Source: a virus. Taken from it: a stretch of DNA of 64,000 nucleotides. Every line of letters starts with the position of its first letter. The first letter of the stretch is position 1. The stretch lies in the IMG/VR virus record IMGVR_UViG_3300013014_000020, positions 32,001 to 96,000 of that record. One strand, written 5' to 3'. Shown here piece by piece: positions 48,431 through 57,236 of this stretch. Below the pieces are notes generated by a model that saw nothing but the letters and a program-made list of their open reading frames with translations, searched no databases and was not told the DNA's origin. Made by a program: the position numbers and the translations under genes.

Positions 48431-51004
48431 TTATATTACTAACCCATAATTTAAATCGTCTTCAGGTATATCTAAAACAACAATATCGTTAATATAAACT
48501 ATTAATCCATAATTCAAATCATTTTCTGGTATGTCTAATGCGTTTAATCCACCTAAACAAGGAGCTTCGGTTAATGTTTCTATTGTTAGAACATCTGATT
48601 CATCATAATATGATAATCTATCATCTCCATTTTTATTTTTGAATACATTAACTGTTGTGATATCATATAACATACCTGTACTTAAACAAGTACCGACAAT
48701 TTCGGCATTAACAATATTCCATTGAAATGAATCACCTATTTCATTACTACGGAAATTATCAGGTATAGTGTTATTATAGAAATATTCACCAATAGTATTA
48801 TTGTAAAAATTATTCCCAATTCTATTTCCTTGAGAAGTATTTATTCCAAAACCAAATCCATCTTGAATTTCATTACTACTAAAATAAGACCCTATTGTGT
48901 TATATGTGAATGAACCATAAAAATCATTAAATGTAAAATGGTTACCAATTATATTTGAATATGTGCCGCCACTAAGATTGTTGCTCAAAAAATTATAACC
49001 TACATTATTAAATTTAAAATCATCAAATATTTCATTAGCTTTAAAATCTGTTTTAACTTGGTTATCTGTAAAATCACCTTGAATATCATTTCCTTTAAAG
49101 TTATTCATAATTTGGTTACTTTCAAAAGTAAGACCTAAATTATCATCTTCACCAATTGTGTTTGTGTTAAAACCATTTAATATTGAATTTTTTCTAAAAT
49201 CAAAATAAATGGTATTAGTGTTAAAATCATTTAAAATGTTGTTATATTGAAAATTAAGTTTAATTATATTACCTTGAAATTCGTTTCCAATTCTATTACC
49301 CCTAAAATCATATTCCCCGATAATTGAACTGTCTCCAATTGTATTACCATTAAAAACGTGTTCAATAGTATTTTCATAGAACTCTGAATATATGGTGTTA
49401 TTATTATATCCGTTTCCAATTAAATTACGATTAAATTGTGAATAACTTTGATTACCATTATACCCATTACCAATATCATTATTATAGAAGTCATCATAAA
49501 TTTTATTATTATTGAACTGATTTCCTATTTCATTATTTTGAAAATCATCAGAAGTATAAACGTTATCCCTAAAATCATTTCCAATATTGTTTCTATAAAA
49601 AGACCCTCCTAGTAAAGTGTTACTATAAAAATCACTACCAATTCTATTATTATTAAAATTTGCGGTGATATAGTTGTTGTTAAAGTTTTCACCAATTATA
49701 TTACCGTCAAAATCATCGTTTGTTGAGTTGTTATAAAAACTATCACCAATTTGATTATTATCACAATCATCATTAAATGTGTTATTATAAGAACCGTTAC
49801 CGATGGTGTTGTTTCTAAATGAACCACCTAATAATACATTATTTGCAAGTAAAAAATTTCCAGTACCAAATTCTAAATGTAGATTAGAATAGTTACCAAT
49901 ATAATTATTAACCGCTCCACTATTATCAATAACATCTCCAAATGTTGTGTATTCAAAAACTTGGTCTTGTCTTACATTGGGTTGGTAATAACTCATTATA
50001 CCATCATCATTTCCATAATAATAAATTGAGTCAGTGGTTACACTTATTGTTACACCTGATATAATTGCTAAAGAATTGCTTACAACAGATAAAACTTCAA
50101 AAAATGAAGGATTTAAATTTTGTACTGAAACAATGTCTCCTGTTGAGAAATTTGAGGTAAATGTTGTACCCGTGTTACCATATAACACGGCAGTTGTTCC
50201 TGTTAAACCACTTATCCCAACAAGACCACTTAATGGTTGATTTTCGTAATATGAATATCCACGATATCTTTTAAATAAAATACTTCTGTTGTCATAATCA
50301 GTTCTATTATTAAAGTTATCAATTCTTTCAGTGATTCTACCTTTTGCAGGACTGCCGGTTACTTCAGTTGTATTCCAAGTTATGTCGTATGTTATTTTGT
50401 CTTGAGGGTATAATGTAGAATATACGGTAGGTGAAAACCCTGTTGTAGATATCGCCAATAATAAAATTGGTTCTGTTGTTCCTGTTTTATAGTTACCCGT
50501 TGTAATTGGATTTTTTACATTATTGTAGTTTGGTTGGTCATAACAAGTTTGATAATCAGTCATCAAGTAATATCTACCAGGTATTAATATACCATTACCA
50601 GCATCGGCAACAAGTTGTGAATATGTTCCACCAGTTACAAATACATCTGTTGATCCTGTGTATAAACCGCTAATTGATAAAGAACCATTTTGTCTATTAA
50701 GTGTTATTGTACCATTAGAATATGTCCCGCCAGTCACATAAAAATCTGTACCACCAGTATATAAACCGCTAATTGATAAAGAACCATTTTGTCTATTAAG
50801 TGTTATTGTACCATTAGAGTATGTACCACCAGTTACAAAGTTGTCTGATACACCACTTAATACATAATTTTTAAATTGTACTATTGGTGTTTGTTTTGTT
50901 TCACCAGTTATACTACCCAAGTAATTTACAATTGGGATAATGTCGTTTGTTGTATAACCTGAATTACCTAAGTATGGTAACTGTGAAATTTTCTTATCTG
51001 CCAT
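48431..51004 (-). CDS. Asn-rich beta-helix fibre or spike protein
   Basis: KKISQLP N-terminus, 33-aa VTGGTYSNGTITLNRQNG repeats and dozens of NxIGNxFxxN repeats. Confidence 0.75.
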   Translation of the reverse strand: MADKKISQLPYLGNSGYTTNDIIPIVNYLGSITGETKQTPIVQFKNYVLSGVSDNFVTGGTYSNGTITLNRQNGSLSISGLYTGGTDFYVTGGTYSNGTITLNRQNGSLSISGLYTGSTDVFVTGGTYSQLVADAGNGILIPGRYYLMTDYQTCYDQPNYNNVKNPITTGNYKTGTTEPILLLAISTTGFSPTVYSTLYPQDKITYDITWNTTEVTGSPAKGRITERIDNFNNRTDYDNRSILFKRYRGYSYYENQPLSGLVGISGLTGTTAVLYGNTGTTFTSNFSTGDIVSVQNLNPSFFEVLSVVSNSLAIISGVTISVTTDSIYYYGNDDGIMSYYQPNVRQDQVFEYTTFGDVIDNSGAVNNYIGNYSNLHLEFGTGNFLLANNVLLGGSFRNNTIGNGSYNNTFNDDCDNNQIGDSFYNNSTNDDFDGNIIGENFNNNYITANFNNNRIGSDFYSNTLLGGSFYRNNIGNDFRDNVYTSDDFQNNEIGNQFNNNKIYDDFYNNDIGNGYNGNQSYSQFNRNLIGNGYNNNTIYSEFYENTIEHVFNGNTIGDSSIIGEYDFRGNRIGNEFQGNIIKLNFQYNNILNDFNTNTIYFDFRKNSILNGFNTNTIGEDDNLGLTFESNQIMNNFKGNDIQGDFTDNQVKTDFKANEIFDDFKFNNVGYNFLSNNLSGGTYSNIIGNHFTFNDFYGSFTYNTIGSYFSSNEIQDGFGFGINTSQGNRIGNNFYNNTIGEYFYNNTIPDNFRSNEIGDSFQWNIVNAEIVGTCLSTGMLYDITTVNVFKNKNGDDRLSYYDESDVLTIETLTEAPCLGGLNALDIPENDLNYGLIVYINDIVVLDIPEDDLNYGLVI
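50661..50818. repeat. Direct repeat of about 59 nt, 99-nt period
   Basis: TATAAACCGCTAATTGATAAAGAACCATTTTGTCTATTAAGTGTTATTGTACCATTAGA at 50661 and 50760. Confidence 0.85.
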
Positions 51005-51050
51005 TTTTTTTATATTATAAATAGTTTTATTTTTTTTAAATTCATTACTT

Positions 51051-51596
51051 TTAGTAAATTATTTTATCATTATTTTCTGTGTTTAATACATCTCCATTTT
51101 CTGTTAATACATTGAATGTTTCAGGAATTGGTACGGGTTGTACACATATTGTTGTTGTGGTTCCTATAATAACTGGACTTGTATTACAACAAGGAAATTC
51201 ACTAACATAACAATTATTATATTCTAACGAATCACCAATAAAACTTTCTTGTATATTAATATATAGTTTGTCTCTTAAAGGTAATATTAAAACACCATCA
51301 TCATTTCTAAATAAAAATTGTCCTTCATATCTACCAACTTTTCTTGTGTCTGTATTTGAAAACTGATAATAAACATAATATTCTGGTTCGGCATTTGGGT
51401 CCAACATTTCTTTTGCGACAAATCCTGCTGGTCTTGTGATAATCTTTGGTATTCCAGTATCAATATCTACCATTGAAAAGAATATCGCAGATTCTTCAAT
51501 AAGACTTGTCATTTTATTAAAATCACTTCTGCCATCTTTAACCACGGCCATCTTTAATAAAGGAAGAGTTGCGTTTTTCTTAATAAAGAATTCCAT
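51051..51596 (-). CDS. Structural protein, BppU N-terminal-like
   Basis: FFIKKNATLPLL..YYQFSNTDT..GRYEGQF; C-terminal LTENGDVLNTE motif. Confidence 0.5.
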   Translation of the reverse strand: MEFFIKKNATLPLLKMAVVKDGRSDFNKMTSLIEESAIFFSMVDIDTGIPKIITRPAGFVAKEMLDPNAEPEYYVYYQFSNTDTRKVGRYEGQFLFRNDDGVLILPLRDKLYINIQESFIGDSLEYNNCYVSEFPCCNTSPVIIGTTTTICVQPVPIPETFNVLTENGDVLNTENNDKIIY

Positions 51597-51623
51597 TTAT
51601 AGTTTTTACTATAAATATACCAA

Positions 51624-53294
51624 TCAACATTCTTTTCTTAATTCTGCACTATAAAAATCAAAACGGTTGTGCTCAGTTGGTGTGATAAGTAACAGTCCAG
51701 GTTTTAGATTACTTTTGACTGTTTCTTGGAAATTATAAGACATAAGTGTTTGTTCATATGGAAAATCAAATTTATTTTTTAAATAACATTTGTAGTTTCC
51801 TTCTTTTGACATAAGGATTGGCCAATTAGAAAGATAAATTTGTCCGCTAGCATATGGTACGCCTTCATATGATTTTATATTATTAAAAAGTAAACAAGGA
51901 GCCTCTGGATCATAACCTTGCACTGGTAAGTTAGGTTTTTCTGGCCAGTGGTTTTGTCTAAACTCTTGTGGTACATTATACCAGGACCATTGTGTTTGAT
52001 GTGAACCAAAAAATTCTGTAAAGTTCATTTTAAGAAAATCAAATTCTTCTGTCTTTAATATGTTTAGAGTTTTTGAAAAAAGGTTTTCTACATATCGGTT
52101 AAACCCATTTTTACAAGTACCAGAATTTTTATTCACAAATAGCATATCATCCTCAAAGAAAAAATAATAACCCAAATCTTCTTCTTTGTTAAAATGTTCG
52201 GCAATAAATTGTCTTCCACCGGTTATCCCAATATTATCTTTTTTAATGTGGTCAAAACCATATCTTAAACAAAGTTCATTATATTTTGGTGTTGTATTTA
52301 AATCCGTTGAATTATTTAATAAAAATTTCTTCGTTCCGTTAATAAAATTTGGGTCATAAAATAACATACTTTTTATTAGCGACTCAAACTGTGATGGTGA
52401 GTTAAAACTTATAACATATAAGCCAACACCATTAGAATTTATGTTTGATTTTATAATTTTGTTTTTTTTATTTTTAATTACAAATGTATTATTTTTTACA
52501 TCTTCAAAAAATTTATACATCAAACCATTTGATTCTATTTCACAATAATCAATCATTGATGGATAAAGATAAGTCATAATTGTAAAAATACTTTCTTCGG
52601 TTCCCATCAAATTTTTATTTAATGTGTCTATTAATAATTGGTAGTATAAAACATTTAAGTCAGCAATTTTTTGTTTTGTTCCACCAAAAAACCCACCTCT
52701 TGAGACAAACTCTGTTTTTGTTTTTGCGTAGTCACACATTTTTTTATAATCAAATCCGTGCACTTCGTTTTCCGCTTCATAAGGAAAGACAACAAACATA
52801 AATTTATCAAATAAACTTTCTATTTTATCTAATACATTATCACGAGTAAAATACCCCAAATTAACCGTGTTAGTTAATCCGGCGTCTATCCAGTAAAGTT
52901 TTTCAGAATTAAAAGGATCCAAAATAGATGCGTCGTGTAGTAAAAACATTTTGGACATTACAAGTGGATTGTAATATTCTAATCTTGCTTGTGTTGATTC
53001 TTTTAACCAACCAGAAAGATTATACCAATTTTCATTTGTCCTTATTTTTTGAATTTTATCAAAGTATTCGTTATTTCTAAACCAAGATAAATTCCTATTA
53101 ATAAATTTTGTATTGTTTGGGTTTCTATACTTGAATACAAATTCCTCTAATTGTTTATCACCAAAAATAATTAAGTTACAATCTATTTGTAATAACTCTT
53201 TAAATTTTTCTAAATAATAATCAAAAGATCTATTCCACCCTTCATTTAGGTTACCCCTACCAATATCCCATAAACCTGTAACTAATGTTATCAT
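51624..53294 (-). CDS. Two-domain glycosyltransferase: HtrL/YibB-like + GT-A-like
   Basis: ITLVTGLWDIGR, SKMFLL, YWIDAG, GGFFGG and GTEESI (HtrL-like), then GLYVISFN...FFFEDDM (DxD-type). Confidence 0.75.
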   Translation of the reverse strand: MITLVTGLWDIGRGNLNEGWNRSFDYYLEKFKELLQIDCNLIIFGDKQLEEFVFKYRNPNNTKFINRNLSWFRNNEYFDKIQKIRTNENWYNLSGWLKESTQARLEYYNPLVMSKMFLLHDASILDPFNSEKLYWIDAGLTNTVNLGYFTRDNVLDKIESLFDKFMFVVFPYEAENEVHGFDYKKMCDYAKTKTEFVSRGGFFGGTKQKIADLNVLYYQLLIDTLNKNLMGTEESIFTIMTYLYPSMIDYCEIESNGLMYKFFEDVKNNTFVIKNKKNKIIKSNINSNGVGLYVISFNSPSQFESLIKSMLFYDPNFINGTKKFLLNNSTDLNTTPKYNELCLRYGFDHIKKDNIGITGGRQFIAEHFNKEEDLGYYFFFEDDMLFVNKNSGTCKNGFNRYVENLFSKTLNILKTEEFDFLKMNFTEFFGSHQTQWSWYNVPQEFRQNHWPEKPNLPVQGYDPEAPCLLFNNIKSYEGVPYASGQIYLSNWPILMSKEGNYKCYLKNKFDFPYEQTLMSYNFQETVKSNLKPGLLLITPTEHNRFDFYSAELRKEC

Positions 53295-54535
53295 AAATCA
53301 CCAACTAGTCTATCACACCAACCTTTTGATTTTGAATGTGGCCATACAACCCAATACTTCGGTTTTTCTTTTGCGTTAAACTCCCTCCATATTTTTCCAT
53401 AACCGTCGGCATCTGTTTTTATTCTTTTGATTTCTTCTTCTTGTGCGTCCATACGATAAATTGTTTCATCTTTATCGTTATGAAATGCAACAACTAAAAA
53501 ATCATAATCGTCTTCTGGTATTTTATCTAATGGGACATCAATACAATGTTTAAATATTCTTAAAAAACTTTCTTTCCATTCTTCTTCGTTTTTATAATCA
53601 TATGGGTTTGGTGGATAATTTTTATCTATTGTATATTGTTGTACGGATCTTTTCTCAAAAAGAACACCAGAATATTTTTCGTAATCACCAACTGTCCTCA
53701 CATTTCCAAAACCATATTTTAATTCACCATCATATTTTTCACCATCAACCCCCAAAACTTTTCTGTTTTTACTATGTGAACTTTCATTTTTCTTATACCA
53801 TACACTATCATCATCCCACTGTTTTGTTCTACCTTTTCTTGTGTATTCGTGATAAATAACAATTTTATGTGGATGGAATAAATCATATCCGTGCGTGTAA
53901 GCACGAACAGCAATTGATATTTCTTCTCCGTGAAAATAATATTCCGGATCATGCTGAACCTCAACTGAAAATTCACCTAACGTGAAACAAAAATGCGCCG
54001 AATAAAATCTTGCTGGGATTGGTTTTTGCAACTCTTGCCATCCTGGTATTACTTCTGGTAAAAAGAAAACAACACCTTCTGGTGTAAATCTATCAAAGAC
54101 CATTCTCCACGGCTCTTTAACTCTTCCTTGTGGGTCATTTTCTGGGTCAAAAGAAGAAACATATCCTGTTAATAATGGTTTTTTATATCCATCTTCTTGC
54201 AATTCCTTTAACATTTTAATTAAAGTTTCATCCCAATTAGGTTCAAAACGCATATGAGAATCTAATTGTAACGTGTATGTTTCACCACTATATAATTGTT
54301 GGACTTGATGTCTTGCCCAACAAACACCGGTTGATTCTGTGTACGGTATATTTAAAATTCTAAAACGATTATCATTTTCATATTCAATTAAATCATCAAA
54401 CTTATCATCTGAATGAAATTGTCTAGCAATACCTAATCTTAAATTTTCTGGGTATTTTGCCTTATCCAACATATCTTTAATTGTTGGTATAAGTTGGGGG
54501 TCTCTATAAGACGCGATTTGTATAAATATTGTCAT
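53291..54535 (-). CDS. GT60-type GlcNAc transferase (Skp1-hydroxyproline / polypeptide GlcNAc transferase-like)
   Basis: TIFIQIASYRDP, GVCWARH, LQLDSHMRF (DSH motif), FHGEEISIAVRAYTHGYD and YHEY. Confidence 0.85.
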   Translation of the reverse strand: MTIFIQIASYRDPQLIPTIKDMLDKAKYPENLRLGIARQFHSDDKFDDLIEYENDNRFRILNIPYTESTGVCWARHQVQQLYSGETYTLQLDSHMRFEPNWDETLIKMLKELQEDGYKKPLLTGYVSSFDPENDPQGRVKEPWRMVFDRFTPEGVVFFLPEVIPGWQELQKPIPARFYSAHFCFTLGEFSVEVQHDPEYYFHGEEISIAVRAYTHGYDLFHPHKIVIYHEYTRKGRTKQWDDDSVWYKKNESSHSKNRKVLGVDGEKYDGELKYGFGNVRTVGDYEKYSGVLFEKRSVQQYTIDKNYPPNPYDYKNEEEWKESFLRIFKHCIDVPLDKIPEDDYDFLVVAFHNDKDETIYRMDAQEEEIKRIKTDADGYGKIWREFNAKEKPKYWVVWPHSKSKGWCDRLVGDL

Positions 54536-54551
54536 AATTAGTTAAAAATAA

Positions 54552-54770
54552 CTAACACTGATAAAAATTAAATATTTCACAATTGTTTGAATCAATAAGT
54601 TTTACAAGTAACGAACCCACGTTATTTAATGGTTGTGGGACATCAAAGATATATGTGGAAATATACGTACCTCCAGAAACTAAATAACAATAAGTGTTTG
54701 TAATATCACAAACATACACATCGTAAGGGGGGTTTCCTGTAACACCGGATATTGTTATTTGGTTTGTCAT
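54552..54770 (-). CDS. Small Cys-containing putative virion protein
   Basis: ITISGVTGNPPYDVYVCD..C..VKLIDSNNCE. Confidence 0.6.
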   Translation of the reverse strand: MTNQITISGVTGNPPYDVYVCDITNTYCYLVSGGTYISTYIFDVPQPLNNVGSLLVKLIDSNNCEIFNFYQC

Positions 54771-54789
54771 ATTTTATATTTCTAACGAC

Positions 54790-55173
54790 TTAAAAACTTA
54801 ACAACTCATACAACAAAGAAAAAGCAATACCAAAAAGAACTCTGGATATCATAACACTAAATAAACACATTAATTGTGTTGAGCAAGGTAAAAAGATAAA
54901 AAAGATTCCCCCAAATATAAAAAAGGTTCTTAATAATTTAAAAAGGTGCCACCCGTCAGTTAAACCAACTAACAATGTTTTTGAAAATAAAAATTTACGA
55001 CCTAACGTTGGGTCTCCGTCTTTATACTTATTTCTCCAAGAAATACTTGGATCCCAAAAAAGTTTATTTTTTAACTTAAAAAAATATGACGAACCATAGT
55101 GAAACTGCAAGGTGTCCATTACGGCTTCGCACATCCCAGCGATTATAAAAAATAAAAAACCTAAATATATCAT
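54790..55173 (-). CDS. Membrane protein
   Basis: Hydrophobic segments with SWRNKY and TDGWHLFK motifs. Confidence 0.7.
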   Translation of the reverse strand: MIYLGFLFFIIAGMCEAVMDTLQFHYGSSYFFKLKNKLFWDPSISWRNKYKDGDPTLGRKFLFSKTLLVGLTDGWHLFKLLRTFFIFGGIFFIFLPCSTQLMCLFSVMISRVLFGIAFSLLYELLSF

Positions 55174-55367
55174 TTTGATTCTTTAATAAAATTTATATAC
55201 CAAACAATAGAGGCGATAAGTCCTCCATAACAAGTAATAAAAACCATAATTTTTAAATATAGGTTATCCAAATAACCATCCATTAACCAAGATGGGTATA
55301 AAACTGACCCAACTAAAAATAAAATGATTAATAACCAAGAAGAAACGTGTAATTTAAAATTTTTCAT
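55170..55367 (-). CDS. Small two-TM membrane protein
   Basis: Two hydrophobic helices; TATTTAT upstream. Confidence 0.6.
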   Translation of the reverse strand: MKNFKLHVSSWLLIILFLVGSVLYPSWLMDGYLDNLYLKIMVFITCYGGLIASIVWYINFIKESK

Positions 55368-55431
55368 AACCTTTTATTTAATAAATATCACATTAGTTAA
55401 TAACCAACAAATTTAAAAAGTATTTATTATT

Positions 55432-55980
55432 ATGGATAATAAATTAAAAAATCTAAAATTAGATTTGTTGTTAAAAGAATTAAAACTTTTGGATTTGGAA
55501 AGGGAGTATGTTGATGAGTTTACAAAACATTACAGACCAATTTTTATGCAGGAATTAACTAAAAACGGTTACAAGGCACAAGTAGTGTCTGGAGAAACTT
55601 TAAATACATCAATTAAAAAAGAAAATAAAATTAATGCTGATGAGAATGAATTAAAAACTATAAAAAATATTTTTAGAAAAATTGCTAAGGTATCTCATCC
55701 AGACAAAACTAAAAATATTTATAAAAATAAATTATATGATGAAGCTCAAATTGCTTACGATAAAAATAATTTATTAGTCCTTTATAAAGTAGCAAAAAAA
55801 CTAAATATTGATATTGAGTTAAATGTTAGTAATTTACTACTTATAGAAAAAATAATTAGTGATGAAAAAAAGGAATTGTCGTCCGTTGAAACATCCTTTT
55901 TATGGATATGGGCTAACACAGAATCACAAGAAAAAAAAGACGAATTAATAAACCAATTTATAAAAAAACACGGGGAATAG
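55432..55980 (+). CDS. J-domain (DnaJ-like) co-chaperone
   Basis: LKTIKNIFRKIAKVSHPDK (HPD motif)...AQIAY. Confidence 0.8.
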   Translation: MDNKLKNLKLDLLLKELKLLDLEREYVDEFTKHYRPIFMQELTKNGYKAQVVSGETLNTSIKKENKINADENELKTIKNIFRKIAKVSHPDKTKNIYKNKLYDEAQIAYDKNNLLVLYKVAKKLNIDIELNVSNLLLIEKIISDEKKELSSVETSFLWIWANTESQEKKDELINQFIKKHGE

Positions 55981-55982
55981 TT

Positions 55983-57167
55983 ATGAAAATAGGAATAACA
56001 CTTGGACTTAAAGATAATCAAGAATCTATATGGACAAACGGAATAAAACAAAACGTTTTGATGTTAACACATCTTTTAAAAAACTCAGAAAAAAATTATG
56101 ATGTCTGTATTTTAAACTCTATGAATATAGATCTTACAGAAAAACCTTCATATCTTGATGGAGTTGATATTCACTACTTTAACGATAAGTTCTTAGAGAT
56201 GGATTTATTAATTGTAATGGGCGCTCAAATATTTGATTACCAACTTGAGACATTTAAAAAATCTGGACCAAACAAAAAAGTAGTTTCATATAAGTGTGGA
56301 AATAATTATGTTATTCATATGGAAAACATATTATTTAAACCGAGTGAAGATAAAAAATTCCAATATGAGAGACAATATGATGAAGTTTGGTATGTACCAC
56401 AACAAGATGAAGTAAATTCAGGTCTTTACAAAACATTATATCGTACAAATGCCTTTGCTGTCCCTTTTATTTGGTCAGAAAAATTTTTATTTGAATCAGT
56501 TAGAGAAATCCATAAAGGATTTAAGGAAGGAAAATACACTAAAGACTGGCAGTATGATGCAACAAAAGAAAAAAAGATTTTGGGTATTATGGAACCGAAT
56601 TTGAATATTGTTAAATTTTGTTTAATTCCAGCGATGATTGCAGAAGAATCATATAGAACTATTGAAGGACGACGACATATTGAAAAACTTAGAATTACAA
56701 ATGCTACCACCGTTTCAAAACATAAGGAATTTATGTCTATAATTCAAACATTTGACTTGTTTAAAGAAGGTAAGATAAGTGCTGAATCACGTTATCAAAC
56801 GGCGTATATGTTGACACAACATTTAGATGTATTGATTTGTCATCAGTTATTAAATCCCCTAAATTACTTATATTTAGATGCCGCTTATTTAGGGTATCCG
56901 GTATTACACAATGCCCCAATGTGTAAAGATTTGGGTTACTATTATGAAGGTTCAGATACGGTTGAGGCATCTAAAATATTAAATTATATTTTAACTAAAC
57001 ACGATAAAAACATAGATGAGTACAACGAAAAAAACGATAAAGTATTACAACGATATCATATAGACAATCAAGAAGTGGTTAAAACATACGATATGTTAAT
57101 TGAGAACTTATTTAATGGGGGAAATAAGGATTTAGTATATGACCCAATGACCAATTTATACAAATAA
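55983..57167 (+). CDS. DUF2827-family putative glycosyltransferase
   Basis: KIGIT..SIWTNGIKQN, GNNYV, PFIWS, EPNLNIVK, HQLLNPLNYLYLDAAYLGYPVLHN and LGYYY. Confidence 0.8.
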   Translation: MKIGITLGLKDNQESIWTNGIKQNVLMLTHLLKNSEKNYDVCILNSMNIDLTEKPSYLDGVDIHYFNDKFLEMDLLIVMGAQIFDYQLETFKKSGPNKKVVSYKCGNNYVIHMENILFKPSEDKKFQYERQYDEVWYVPQQDEVNSGLYKTLYRTNAFAVPFIWSEKFLFESVREIHKGFKEGKYTKDWQYDATKEKKILGIMEPNLNIVKFCLIPAMIAEESYRTIEGRRHIEKLRITNATTVSKHKEFMSIIQTFDLFKEGKISAESRYQTAYMLTQHLDVLICHQLLNPLNYLYLDAAYLGYPVLHNAPMCKDLGYYYEGSDTVEASKILNYILTKHDKNIDEYNEKNDKVLQRYHIDNQEVVKTYDMLIENLFNGGNKDLVYDPMTNLYK

Positions 57168-57186
57168 AACAATTTAATATAAATGT

Positions 57187-57219
57187 AAAAAGGGACTCTT
57201 TCGAGTCCCTTTCTTTTTT
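57187..57219. terminator. Bidirectional rho-independent terminator
   Basis: AAAA-AGGGACTC-TTTC-GAGTCCCT-TTCTTTTTT between convergent genes. Confidence 0.85.
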
Positions 57220-57236
57220 GAAAGTTAATCTAACGA

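Noticed and set aside
48700-49950. Asn (AAY)-rich repeats suggesting a diversity-generating retroelement
   Set aside because: No reverse transcriptase and no TR/VR pair differing only at adenines is visible in the window.
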